DNA from: Paludibacteraceae bacterium
Lineage (GTDB): Bacteria; Bacteroidota; Bacteroidia; Bacteroidales; Paludibacteraceae
Assembly: GCA_017508305.1 (NCBI GenBank)
Contig: JAFVZF010000119.1
Span: forward strand, 34 to 64,033
DNA length: 64,000 nucleotides
Reading direction: 5' to 3'
Shown here: piece by piece, positions 28,701-37,384 of the stretch
How the letters are laid out: each line of letters opens with the position of its first letter
Numbering within the stretch: position 1 is the stretch's first letter
Program-made: the position numbers and the translations under genes
The notes under the pieces: generated by a model
Databases searched by the model: none
Told to the model about the DNA's origin: nothing
What the model saw: the letters and a program-made list of their open reading frames with translations, nothing else

Positions 28701-29865
28701 TCCATGCCGAAAAGTCGTAGTAAGAGTTTTGGCAAAGGGCGGTGGTAACTTCGTATTGGAAAAATACGCCCGGATCTTTTTTTGCATTGACCAATAAGAA
28801 ACCATCTTGACCGCCATCTTTGGTATGACCTGTGCGCACAGGGGTAGATTGCCAGTGTCCACCCTCACTGGCTTTCTTGACAACGGCATAATAGCCATCA
28901 TCAATATCGCCACTACTCTTGTAGGTGTATGTTGTGCTTGCATTTGAATTTATATCGCTTAACTTTTTGCGTCCGCCAGAGTAGCTAAAACTTTCTTTTA
29001 GCACTTCTGCAACCAATGCATCTGCCGCACAACATACCACAGGACGTATGCTAGTGGTTGTATATATTACATCAGAACCTGCAGAAGCACGGTAGTGCGC
29101 TTCTTGTGATACATTGATTTGGAGAGTAGGATCGGTGGCACCCGCTATTACTTCCCAAGTTGCCTTGTTGTTGATAGATTTTTCCCATTTAATGGTTCCC
29201 GATAGCCCTACGGCAGTAAGGGTGGTAGGCTCGCCCGCACATACTTTTTCGCCGGCAGAACTGGTAACCATTTTTTTGCACTTGCCACTGATGGAAATGT
29301 TGGTAATGGCAAAGTAATTTAGGTTTTTGTTGTTCCAACTGGGGTTGTATGAAAAAACCACGCTGCCTTCAGTTTGTGTGGCTTTTAAAGTCCAGGTAAT
29401 TGTAGTGCTACTGGTACCAATTGTTGGCCATTGTGGTTGTACAGTGCTACTCCCGCTAGCATCTTTCATGCCTGCCCAACTGTTTTTTACTTCCATGGCA
29501 TCGCCATTACCTTTGGCAGTTAGTTTTACGGTATAGGTTTCGCCTACAATTAAGTTACTAAACTGCACGTTGATTAGGGTATATCCTTCGGTATCATCGT
29601 CGTATCCAAATTCTGCAGTGTTGTTGTTAATGCGGTATTTTTTCTTTTTTCCGCTTACACTACTGCTTTGGTAGTCATAGCCGGTACTGATTTCGGTAAT
29701 AAAAGGAGCAGCAGGTTGTACATCCTCCATTCGGTAGGTTGTGCCCGAAACGCCCGATTTTTTTTGAAAGTTGAGCGAAGCTGTCATGCTAACAACATTT
29801 TGTCCCCAAGTGGTTGCAGCAAACAAGAATAATGTAAAGAGTAAAGAAAAAGCTCTTTTTGTCAT
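25708..29865 (-). CDS. Large T9SS cargo/adhesin with repeated Ig-like domains and a type B C-terminal sorting domain (gliding-motility-associated CTD)
   Basis: 1385 aa with a signal peptide. Many repeats of ~80-90 aa carry paired Cys. The C-terminus reads YFTPNGEGDAKSELWTVENLDQYTSYIVEIYDRYGRRLYEY...WDGTYNGHQMPSDDYWYLITV...GHFTLKR. Confidence 0.85.
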   Translation of the reverse strand: MTKRAFSLLFTLFLFAATTWGQNVVSMTASLNFQKKSGVSGTTYRMEDVQPAAPFITEISTGYDYQSSSVSGKKKKYRINNNTAEFGYDDDTEGYTLINVQFSNLIVGETYTVKLTAKGNGDAMEVKNSWAGMKDASGSSTVQPQWPTIGTSSTTITWTLKATQTEGSVVFSYNPSWNNKNLNYFAITNISISGKCKKMVTSSAGEKVCAGEPTTLTAVGLSGTIKWEKSINNKATWEVIAGATDPTLQINVSQEAHYRASAGSDVIYTTTSIRPVVCCAADALVAEVLKESFSYSGGRKKLSDINSNASTTYTYKSSGDIDDGYYAVVKKASEGGHWQSTPVRTGHTKDGGQDGFLLVNAKKDPGVFFQYEVTTALCQNSYYDFSAWITNVDNTDGHAPVNATFKVVGYPSGKELVKTSTGNLGVGTDWTPKGGSFNSGTNTRFVLTIENNYQGTETTVVGNDIGIDDILFSACSPEIQIYSNNDSQHKHEPQVVVCNAGANQDLTLDALADYDLKEFFNTPHYLFQTSDNATGPWSNVGTEATTQESITITVDPTGYRNGLYYRVWVGATKAAVEESATTGTQNTGCGALTAVSDPIKITYKCLCEASTAPTVKPYTECASTTKLDLHKQITSTTTGGTIRWYSSETATTPMTAAEATAVDVSTAGTYHYYVTYQKDKDITTGDEYCESEKTELTVTVKDKITLTIDKSSISGCWANFESDASRTFTVTVPNGATIKWYSVDASGTETDLNNDNSKTYTIAKQTAAVSGKIRVKASSASACENSVDATYALSENTQFTLSAPAMVCTTAPQADIKATITSGSGNYKWEKNGTEVKTGTLTAGTTELIYKDSSVGTTEGTVTYKLTIGDVTACGSSQTIEVAVGDKIKFEMSCQQGTTVCEGTNVTIKAERELLTGESFEWYKNDVLVSGVSGNTLNDTDALTANTTYKAVLKNGPCDGENTITINVDKKPQPVLSVTKSDICLGDTLSVINSDATVLGSNPTYKWLEDGVAITGESGKNLKQYKPQEQGTKTYTVEVTNGTCNNSATATANVHAAIEFTATADPAKICAGNSTTLTTNALQKYPSASFSWWLGTDSLSADTSYEVQPVQTGKVIYTAKVVDICQATKEVEVEVEPGIVAQLADSTTICDGDEATLEVHTSGNYNYKWAPAKDLATPEKQQTKASPNVDTWYYVAIFSDVCSTSDSIYVKVNPRPTITQLEETDIREVTVDATGGTPEYTFYIDSKEVPYSYRVIGEVPIGYHRMYVVDAVGCEVDSLFEISPIPVLPKKYFTPNGEGDAKSELWTVENLDQYTSYIVEIYDRYGRRLYEYRTGSFSAESISGSEPFGWDGTYNGHQMPSDDYWYLITVEEIRKQYTGHFTLKR

Positions 29866-30098
29866 AGTATATGATTATTTAGGTTTATACGTTTGTAAAT
29901 AGGCGTTGTTTAAGCCGATAAATCGGACAAAATTACTATTTTTTTTGCAAATAATAACAATAATCCTATCTAATTAACAGAAAAACAGCACAAATATTGT
30001 ATAATCACCCTAAAAATGGTACATTTGTTCTTTGTATTTTTTTATTGAGTCGGGAGAATAATTTCTCCTCTCTCCTTTATCAATTCTCCTCTAATTCA

Positions 30099-32714
30099 AT
30101 GGCAAAGCAGGCAGAAACGCCCATGATGGCGCATTTTTACGAGATGAAAAAACAGCACCCCGATGCGGTGTTGCTGTATCGATGTGGCGACTTTTACGAA
30201 ACGTACGGAGACGATGCGGTGTTGGCTTCTCAACTATTGGGCATTTCGCTTACCTATCGTAGCAAAAGCTCGCCCAACCCTATCAGTATGGCAGGTTTTC
30301 CTTTTCATGCGCTCGATAATTACTTGCCAAAGTTAGTGCGTGCCGGTCATAGAGTGGCCATTTGCGATCAATTAGAAGACCCTAAACTTTCCAAAACCAA
30401 GTTGGTAAAGCGTGGCATTACCGAGTTGGTAACCCCCGGTATTTCGTACAACGATCAGCTGTTGGACGGAAAATCCAACAACTTTTTGTGTGCCATTCAT
30501 GCGCACAAATCGTCTGTAGGCGTATCATTCTTAGATGTGTCTACCGGTGAGTTTTTAGTGGCGCAAGGCACTATATCGTATATAGCCAAACTAATGGGCA
30601 GTTTTGCTCCTAAAGAAATATTATACGCTCCGGGCAAAGAAACCATTGTAGAACAGTTGGCAGAACCCGCTATCAGCAGGTTTAAGATGGACGATTGGGT
30701 GTTTACTCTCGATGCGGCGCAAGGAAGGCTTTACAAACAGTTTGAGGTAAAGAGCCTAAAAGGTTTTGGCATAGAGGCAATGAACGAGGCGATTGTTGCT
30801 GCGGGGGCAGTATTGTTCTACTTGGACCAAACCCAGCACTTACAAACTTCGCACATTAACCGCATCAGTCGGGTGGCAGAAAACAACTTTGTGTGGTTGG
30901 ATAAATTTACCATTCGCAATTTGGAACTTTTTGGTAGCAACTACGGCGATGGCAAATCGTTTGTCGATGTGCTGGATAGTACGAAAACCCCCATGGGTGC
31001 TCGCTTGTTGCGTCGATGGGTCGCTTTCCCACTCAAAAATGTGTCTGCCATTGTTGGCAGACAAGACATTGTAGAAACATTTTTTAGAGAGCCCGAATTA
31101 AAGTCGTTGCTTTTAGCCCAGTTGCCTTTAATAGGCGATATGGAACGTTTGGTATCCAAACTTTCGGCGGGACGCATCAATCCACGCGAGGTGGTACTTA
31201 TCAAAACGGCATTGTTTGCCATTGAAATCATTCAGAAACAGTGTGCGTTGTCCCAATGTGAGGTATTGCAGCAGATGGGTCAAAAATTGCAACTTTGCAC
31301 GCAAGTGCGCGACCAAATAGATAGTTGGGTGGAGATAGACCCTCCTATGGCGGTAAATAAAGGGGGTGTTATTAAAGCAGGAGTCGATGCCGAACTGGAC
31401 GAATACCGTCGGTTGGCATACTCGGGCAAGGATTATTTGCTACAAATGCAGCAACGTGAGGCAGAAGCTACCGGCATTAGCAGCCTTAAAATAAGCTATA
31501 ACAATGTATTTGGCTACTATATTGAGGTGCGCAACACGCACAAGGATGCTGTGCCCGACACGTGGATACGCAAGCAAACCTTGGTCAATGCCGAACGTTA
31601 CATTACCCCCGAACTCAAAGAATACGAAGAAAAAATATTAGGAGCCGAAGAACACATTCTCTCCATAGAAAGCAGGCTATTTGCGCAACTTTTGCAGGCA
31701 TTGTTGCAGCATACGCAAGCATTGCAGACCGATGCAGAAATAGTGGCACAATTGGACGTATTGAGCAATTTTGCCGTCATTGCACAAGCCAATAACTACC
31801 ATCGTCCCATTATCTCCGATAGCGATGTGTTGGATATAAAAGAAGGTAGACATCCGGTTATCGAAAAACAAATGCCTGTTGGCGAGGCATACATCCCCAA
31901 CGATGTGTATTTAGATACATCGTCGCAACAAATCATTATCATTACTGGTCCGAACATGGCAGGTAAGTCGGCTCTATTAAGGCAAACAGCACTGATTACA
32001 TTGATGGCGCAAATGGGCAGTTTTGTGCCGGCAAGCAGTGCGCACATCGGCGTGGTGGATAAGATTTTTACCCGTGTAGGGGCAGGCGATAATATATCGA
32101 TGGGAGAGAGTACATTTATGGTCGAGATGAACGAGGCTTCCAGCATTCTTAATAACCTGTCGGAGCGTAGTTTGGTGTTATTTGACGAGTTGGGCAGGGG
32201 TACTTCTACCTACGATGGCATATCGTTGGCATGGGCGATAGTCGAATACATACACGAACATACCTCGCACAAGGCACGTACGCTGTTTGCTACCCACTAC
32301 CACGAGCTCAACGAGATGGAAAAGAGTTTTGCCCGCATTAAAAACTTTCACATTGCGGTAAAAGAGGTGGATGGAAAGGTAATATTTTTGCGTAAACTAT
32401 GGCAGGGAGGTAGCGAACACAGTTTTGGTATTCATGTGGCAAAATTGGCGGGCATGCCCAAAAGTGTGCTGCAACGTGCCAATCAGGTACTATCTCAACT
32501 CGAAGCTCAAAATCAACGCGATGCCATTAGCAAACCCTTACAAGGATTGGCGCAGAGCCGAGAGGGGTATCAACTTAGCCTATTTCAATTGGACGATCCT
32601 GTATTGGCATCCATTCGCGACGAGATTAAAAACGTAGATATTAACAACTTAACGCCCATCGAGGCACTAAATAAGTTAAACGAAATAAAGAAAATCATCA
32701 CCGGAAAATCGTAA
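30099..32714 (+). CDS. mutS: DNA mismatch repair protein MutS
   Basis: ATG at 30099 gives [40 protein letters not shown]. Walker A GPNMAGKS, then [12 protein letters not shown]. The ORF-track TTG start at 29997 adds a repeat-derived leader. Confidence 0.95.
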   Translation: MAKQAETPMMAHFYEMKKQHPDAVLLYRCGDFYETYGDDAVLASQLLGISLTYRSKSSPNPISMAGFPFHALDNYLPKLVRAGHRVAICDQLEDPKLSKTKLVKRGITELVTPGISYNDQLLDGKSNNFLCAIHAHKSSVGVSFLDVSTGEFLVAQGTISYIAKLMGSFAPKEILYAPGKETIVEQLAEPAISRFKMDDWVFTLDAAQGRLYKQFEVKSLKGFGIEAMNEAIVAAGAVLFYLDQTQHLQTSHINRISRVAENNFVWLDKFTIRNLELFGSNYGDGKSFVDVLDSTKTPMGARLLRRWVAFPLKNVSAIVGRQDIVETFFREPELKSLLLAQLPLIGDMERLVSKLSAGRINPREVVLIKTALFAIEIIQKQCALSQCEVLQQMGQKLQLCTQVRDQIDSWVEIDPPMAVNKGGVIKAGVDAELDEYRRLAYSGKDYLLQMQQREAEATGISSLKISYNNVFGYYIEVRNTHKDAVPDTWIRKQTLVNAERYITPELKEYEEKILGAEEHILSIESRLFAQLLQALLQHTQALQTDAEIVAQLDVLSNFAVIAQANNYHRPIISDSDVLDIKEGRHPVIEKQMPVGEAYIPNDVYLDTSSQQIIIITGPNMAGKSALLRQTALITLMAQMGSFVPASSAHIGVVDKIFTRVGAGDNISMGESTFMVEMNEASSILNNLSERSLVLFDELGRGTSTYDGISLAWAIVEYIHEHTSHKARTLFATHYHELNEMEKSFARIKNFHIAVKEVDGKVIFLRKLWQGGSEHSFGIHVAKLAGMPKSVLQRANQVLSQLEAQNQRDAISKPLQGLAQSREGYQLSLFQLDDPVLASIRDEIKNVDINNLTPIEALNKLNEIKKIITGKS

Positions 32715-32755
32715 CAATCGACGAACCGACTAATCGATTAATCGACGAATCGATG
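32715..32755. repeat. Word array (CGACGAAC/CGACTAAT/CGATTAAT/CGACGAAT)
   Basis: caatcgacgaaccgactaatcgattaatcgacgaatcgatg, starting right after the mutS stop. Confidence 0.85.
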
Positions 32756-32773
32756 CCAAAGATATGAAAGAGC

Positions 32774-32893
32774 GTACCAAATAGCAAAGCATCCCATACG
32801 GTCCCTGAGCCTGTCAAAGGGCCCTACCAAATAGCAAAGCATCCCATACGGTCCCTGAGCTTGTCGAAGGGCCCGTACAAATTACAAACCATC
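32774..32893. repeat. Tandem 50-bp direct repeat (2.4 copies); each full unit ends in an S-type stem-loop (GGTCCC-TGAGCYTGTCRAA-GGGCC)
   Basis: Unit 32774-32823 and unit 32824-32873 differ at 4 of 50 positions (92% identity). A decayed third partial unit follows. Confidence 0.9.
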
Positions 32894-32907
32894 TTAATTA
32901 TTTTCTT

Positions 32908-33165
32908 ATGGAAACAAAAGCTTACATGTACATTTTATTGTGCGCAGACGGAAGTTACTATACTGGTAGTACCACCAATTTAGATATAAGAATAGCGCAA
33001 CACTTATCAGGTGAAGGCTCTAATTATACCAGAAAACATAAACCAATAAAATTACTCTACACAGAAGAATACGATAGTATTGAGGATGCATTTTTTAGAG
33101 AGAAACAAGTACAAGGTTGGAGTAGAAGAAAAAAAGAGGCGTTAATCTGTGGAGAGTGGAAGTAG
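32908..33165 (+). CDS. GIY-YIG nuclease family protein (stand-alone URI domain, COG2827-like)
   Basis: 85 aa: YMYILLCADGSYYTGSTTNLDIRIAQH...EEYDSIEDAFFREKQVQGWSRRKK. The GIY, YIG, R and E/N positions are recognisable. Confidence 0.88.
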   Translation: METKAYMYILLCADGSYYTGSTTNLDIRIAQHLSGEGSNYTRKHKPIKLLYTEEYDSIEDAFFREKQVQGWSRRKKEALICGEWK

Positions 33166-33185
33166 AGTTTCCTTTGAATATGATT

Positions 33186-33390
33186 GGCATAATCAATGCT
33201 GGCATTTCGACAAGCTCAATGACCGCATTGCTTTGCAATCATATTGCATAATTTTTCGGTCCCTGAGCCTGTCGAATTTTGCGAGTAAGTGAGAGCAATG
33301 ATAAGCTTGCTTAATCATTGCCGAACGAGAGCAACTTATTACATGATTTTAGGCATCGGCTCAGCATAATCCATGTAAACATGGTTTCTG
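33186..33390. repeat. Repeat nest: an inverted S stem-loop, a truncated S unit, an inverted H-core copy and a further hairpin fragment
   Basis: 33201-33226 is the reverse complement of an S unit. 33258-33276 is cggtccctgagcctgtcgaa. The reverse complement of 33281-33335 matches 47057-47110 closely (gcaatgat...atcattgc hairpin). Confidence 0.85.
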
Positions 33391-33467
33391 CATTCACCTC
33401 GCACTAAAATTCATGAGCATAGCGAATAAAGGGCCCGAAACAATGATAAACCAAATATACATTATAC

Positions 33468-34958
33468 ATGAGCAAAAAAACCGTATTTTTAACTGGAGCC
33501 ACTGGCAATATGGGTGGCGCAGGTTTGGCAGAATTGCTAAAAAGAACAGACTTGTACAACATTCGTTTGTTGGTGCGTCCCAGCAAAGTAAACAAGAAAA
33601 AATTAGCGTACCTACAAGGTAATCCCAATGTAACCATTATTTGGGGTGATTTAACCAATTACGACCACATGCTCGAAGGCATAACTGGATCTGATATTGT
33701 GTTGCACGTGGGCGGTATGGTATCTCCTTCTGCCGACTACTATCCCAAGCGCACCTTGCATACTAATATCACTGCTGCTAAAAACTTGGTAAAAGCTGTG
33801 TTGGCACAACCCAATGCCGATGTTATTAAGGTGGTTTACATTGGTACGGTAGCACAAACATCCGACCGCAACGAACCCATCCATTGGGGACGTACGGGCG
33901 ACCCTATTTGCATCAGCGTGTACGACCACTATGCCATGAGTAAAACAGAGGCAGAAAAGATAATTGTAGAATCGGGCATTAAAAACTGGGTTAGCTTGCG
34001 CCAAACCGGTATTTTGTATGCCGGTATCTTAAAAAACTTTGACCCCATTATGTTTCATGTGCCCTTGCGTGGTGTGTTAGAATGGGCTACAGTAGAGGAC
34101 AGTGGCCGTATTTTGGCAAATGTATGTAGCGACGATGTGCCTGCCGAGTTTTGGAACAACTTTTACAACATCGGTAGTGGCAAAGAGTATCGCCTATCCA
34201 ACTACGAATTTGAATGCTATCTATTAGATACGATTTCGTGTCCGCGTCCCGAAAAAATATTCAATACCAATTGGTTTGTGTTGCGTAACTTTCATGGACA
34301 GTGGTATTTAGACTCGGATAAATTAGAAGAATACTTGCATTTTCGTGCCAACATACCGGTGGCAGACTATTTCAAAAAGCATTTAGGCAAGCAAGTGCCA
34401 TGGTTCTACCATTTGGCTGCCATTTGCCCGCCTATCTTTATCAAGTGGGCAATGTACTTTATGGCAAACAAAAAGAAGTGGGGTACACAATGGTGGATTA
34501 AAAACAACGTAAAAGAGCGCATAGCGGCTTATTATGGCTCGTTGGAAGCCTGGAAGAATATTCCATCGTGGAAAGAATTTGACCTATCGCATCCATCCGA
34601 AACCGATATTGTGCACATCAATCATGGGTACGACGAAAGCAAACCTCGTGCTGAGTGGACCATTGAGGATATGCAGCAGGCAGCCGCTTTCCGTGGTGGT
34701 AAATGCTTGTCTAAAACCATGGTAAAAGGCGACTTTTCTACTCCATTGGAGTGGGAGTGTGCCGAAGGGCATCGTTTTACCATGTCGCCTGTGTTAGCAT
34801 TGCAAGGCGGTCACTGGTGTCCCGAATGCCAACCCATGCCTTGGCGTTACAACCAAATTGCCGCTAAGAATCCTTTCTTTGCGCAAATTTGGCATCCGCT
34901 ACATGGCAAGGATGAGACCGACGAATATACAGAAGAGATCTTTGCAGGTTGGGACTAG
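33468..34958 (+). CDS. NAD(P)-dependent epimerase/dehydratase / 3beta-hydroxysteroid-dehydrogenase-family oxidoreductase with a Cys-rich C-terminal extension
   Basis: 496 aa. Rossmann motif VFLTGATGNMGGAG and a YxxxK-type site (YAMSKTEAEK). The C-terminal region has CAEGH...HWCPEC zinc-ribbon-like spacing. Confidence 0.7.
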   Translation: MSKKTVFLTGATGNMGGAGLAELLKRTDLYNIRLLVRPSKVNKKKLAYLQGNPNVTIIWGDLTNYDHMLEGITGSDIVLHVGGMVSPSADYYPKRTLHTNITAAKNLVKAVLAQPNADVIKVVYIGTVAQTSDRNEPIHWGRTGDPICISVYDHYAMSKTEAEKIIVESGIKNWVSLRQTGILYAGILKNFDPIMFHVPLRGVLEWATVEDSGRILANVCSDDVPAEFWNNFYNIGSGKEYRLSNYEFECYLLDTISCPRPEKIFNTNWFVLRNFHGQWYLDSDKLEEYLHFRANIPVADYFKKHLGKQVPWFYHLAAICPPIFIKWAMYFMANKKKWGTQWWIKNNVKERIAAYYGSLEAWKNIPSWKEFDLSHPSETDIVHINHGYDESKPRAEWTIEDMQQAAAFRGGKCLSKTMVKGDFSTPLEWECAEGHRFTMSPVLALQGGHWCPECQPMPWRYNQIAAKNPFFAQIWHPLHGKDETDEYTEEIFAGWD

Positions 34959-34997
34959 TGACCTACGACTTCTGACTTTTAACTTTTGACATTCGAC
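34959..34997. repeat. Word array of the GACTTTTG/CGACTTCT type
   Basis: gtgacctacgacttctgacttttaacttttgacattcgac. Same word type as 39267-39329. Confidence 0.7.
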
Positions 34998-35000
34998 AAA

Positions 35001-35040
35001 AATAATTAAAGGCTCCCTTGCAAGGGAGCCTTTAATTATT
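35001..35040. terminator. Bidirectional terminator palindrome between two convergent oxidoreductase genes
   Basis: aataattaaaGGCTCCCttgcaaGGGAGCCtttaattatt is a perfect 40-bp palindrome. It overlaps the stop codon of the SDR gene. Confidence 0.7.
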
Positions 35041-35815
35041 TCTTAAAACAGTCAATGCGTTTCATTACTGTAAATACCACCCAATCGGGCAAGTGTTTGA
35101 TAAGGGGCACAAATAGGTGGTTTAAAAAGCCCGGCATTACCTGTTTTTTGCGTTTAAACATCTTTTTAAGGGCTATTTTTACCAATCGTTCGGGGGGCAT
35201 AGACACTCGTAGTGCCACCGCCAGTTTGCGCAAGTTGCTTGCCAATCCATACAAGCCTGTATCGATAGCACCCGGACAGATGGCAGTAACACTTACACCA
35301 TAGGGTTTCATTTCGTACCACATCGAACGGCTAAAGTTTAAGATATAGGCCTTGGTGGCGTTGTAGCACTGAATACCCGGCATCGCCATCCATGCACTCA
35401 TCGAACTCATGTTTAAAATATAGCCTTTGCCACGCTCACGCATATCCGCTCCAAACAAACGGCAAAGTTGGGTAACGGTTCTTACGTGTAAATGAAGCAT
35501 TAGATTTACCCTGTTTTCGGCAGTTTTTACCAAATCGTTAAAGTAAAATACTCCGGCATTGTTAATCAACACTTCAATTTCGTAGCCCCCGTCTTTGCAA
35601 AATTGGTGCAATTCGGTAGCTGCGTTTTCGGTCGATAAATCTTGGTACACCGCTACGGTTTTTACACCGTACTCAGCTTGTAGTTTTTCGGCTACTTCGT
35701 GTATTTCTTTTTCTTGATTACTTACCAATACCAAATCGTAGTGGTAGTAGGAAGCCAATCGAGTGGCGTATTGTAGACCAATTCCTTGGCTCGCTCCTGT
35801 TACTAATGCGTACAT
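35036..35815 (-). CDS. Short-chain dehydrogenase/reductase (SDR) family oxidoreductase
   Basis: 259 aa. Motifs TGASQGIG, NNAG and the YNATKAY catalytic motif. Confidence 0.88.
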   Translation of the reverse strand: MYALVTGASQGIGLQYATRLASYYHYDLVLVSNQEKEIHEVAEKLQAEYGVKTVAVYQDLSTENAATELHQFCKDGGYEIEVLINNAGVFYFNDLVKTAENRVNLMLHLHVRTVTQLCRLFGADMRERGKGYILNMSSMSAWMAMPGIQCYNATKAYILNFSRSMWYEMKPYGVSVTAICPGAIDTGLYGLASNLRKLAVALRVSMPPERLVKIALKKMFKRKKQVMPGFLNHLFVPLIKHLPDWVVFTVMKRIDCFKK

Positions 35816-35828
35816 AATTTATATCTTG

Positions 35829-35992
35829 TTACTCAAAGCTTCGCTTTTCGTGAAGTTGCTTTCGTTAGCTTCGCTCAAGTTGCTCACGCTCGGCATAATC
35901 AATGCAAACATTGCTTCTGCTCTCGCTTAATCGCAACAGTCGGCATAATCAATGTAAACATTGCTTCTGCTCTCACTTAATCGCAACTTTTG
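35829..35992. repeat. H-core repeat element whose hairpin-containing half is tandemly duplicated (35891-35940 and 35941-35987)
   Basis: ...gttgctcacgct followed by two copies of cggcataatcaatg(c/t)aaacattgcttctgctct(c/t)(g/a)cttaatcgcaac. Confidence 0.9.
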
Positions 35993-35993
35993 A

Positions 35994-37220
35994 CTACTCC
36001 TTCTCTGCTTTGGCAATTTCCTTTTGAATCTTTTTAGGTAGGTTGTCTACGCAGTGGTGGCATTTCATTTCTTTGGTATACATACGACCAATGCAATAGT
36101 TGCTATGTTTGCATCCACAGCGATACGAGCTGTCTGCCTCTTTCATTTTGTTGACAAAAGCAGGATCGTGCACCAATGCACGTGCCATTTGTACCAATTC
36201 AAAACCACTGTCCAAAACTTCGTCTATTTTTTCACGACTCACCAAACCACCCACATAGATGATGGGCATTTTTAGCTCGGCACGGAATTTCTTGGCATCT
36301 TCTAAGAAGTAGGCCTCTTTAAAGGGTACAGTAGGAATCATCCATCTGCCCACCAATGCCAAAGCCGCTTTTAACCACCAGAATTTGCACATATCCATAT
36401 AGTGTGCCAATGTTTTTAGGGGCATTGCTCCACGCATTACAGCCATGGGTGCTTTGCTTACAAAGCCGGCACTCAACACAACGGCATGCACACCAAATTT
36501 TTCAATTTCTTTGGCTACGGTGATGCAATCGGGCAACTGCAATCCGCTCTTAAATCCGTCGTACATATTGGTTTTTACCACTACAGCCATGTCGTTTTTG
36601 GCAGCCACCATTACTTCGGTAAGCACCTCGCGCATAAAACGCATGCGGTTGTCAAGCGAACCTCCGTATTCGTCGCGGCGTTTGTTGGTATAGGGCGACA
36701 AAAATTGCGATATCAAGTACCCATGTCCGGCATGTATTTCTACGCAATCAAAGCCTGCCTCGCGGCACATGTTTACAGCTCTGCCAAAATCTTTTACCAA
36801 CTCTTTTATTTCGCTTACTTTTAGTCCGCGTACCAAGGTGGGCGAGTAGAGGTTAAAACCGCTCGATGCTCCCACAGGCATGCAACCACAAGTGTAAAAG
36901 TGGGTCATGTTGCCACAGTGACCCAACTGAATGCTGGCTTTGGCACCCTTGGCATGGATGGCATCGGTTAGCTTCTTTAATTCGGGAATGATTTCCTGAC
37001 GCATCCAAAGCTGACCATCAAACGAAACACCGCTTTTGTTTACGGCACAGTAGGCAATGGTAGTCATACCAATGCCACCTTTGGCAACGCTGGTGTGGTA
37101 GTCAAACAAATCTTGCGATGGTTTATTGCCATAGCACATGTTTTCGAAAGCCGCCGAACGAATGGTGCGGTTTCTTAATGTAATGGGTCCTAATTGATAG
37201 GGTGTGAATAGTTTGCTCAT
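35994..37220 (-). CDS. NADH:flavin oxidoreductase, Old Yellow Enzyme family
   Basis: 408 aa. The OYE hallmark is HAGHGYLISQFLSPYTNKRRDEYGGSLDNRMRF. The C-terminal tail is Cys-rich (CGCKHSNYCIGR...CHHC). Confidence 0.88.
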   Translation of the reverse strand: MSKLFTPYQLGPITLRNRTIRSAAFENMCYGNKPSQDLFDYHTSVAKGGIGMTTIAYCAVNKSGVSFDGQLWMRQEIIPELKKLTDAIHAKGAKASIQLGHCGNMTHFYTCGCMPVGASSGFNLYSPTLVRGLKVSEIKELVKDFGRAVNMCREAGFDCVEIHAGHGYLISQFLSPYTNKRRDEYGGSLDNRMRFMREVLTEVMVAAKNDMAVVVKTNMYDGFKSGLQLPDCITVAKEIEKFGVHAVVLSAGFVSKAPMAVMRGAMPLKTLAHYMDMCKFWWLKAALALVGRWMIPTVPFKEAYFLEDAKKFRAELKMPIIYVGGLVSREKIDEVLDSGFELVQMARALVHDPAFVNKMKEADSSYRCGCKHSNYCIGRMYTKEMKCHHCVDNLPKKIQKEIAKAEKE

Positions 37221-37228
37221 ATTTTATT

Positions 37229-37384
37229 GATGAATCGACTAATCGACTAACCGACTAATCGAAGGTTGTTATTAAAAGGGTGAAAATAGCTTGCTCACAT
37301 ATAAGTGGTGATTCGGTGATACGGTGATTCGGTGATTCGGAAGTTATCAACTCACCGCCTCACCAAATAACCAACTCACCGATT
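37229..37384. repeat. Two word arrays (CGACTAAT-type at 37233-37262; GGTGATTC- and CACC-type at 37307-37384) filling the OYE / 5alpha-reductase spacer
   Basis: gaatcgactaatcgactaaccgactaatcga ... ggtgattcggtgatacggtgattcggtgattcgg ... ctcaccgcctcaccaaataaccaactcaccgatt. Confidence 0.9.

Noticed and set aside
27389-28797. Numerous 60-185-aa ORFs antisense or out of frame within large genes (for example 27389..27841, 28354..28797, 23564..24046, 47254..47799 and 50699..51256)
   Set aside because: Each lies wholly inside a longer ORF with strong family motifs (adhesin, nadB, tsf, ispG). They are expected by chance in long stop-poor reverse frames.
32774-32893. Possible CRISPR array (also considered for 35891..35987 and 38210..38266)
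   Set aside because: There are only 2-2.6 directly abutting copies with no unique spacers between them and no cas genes in the window. These are tandem duplications of the dispersed repeat families.
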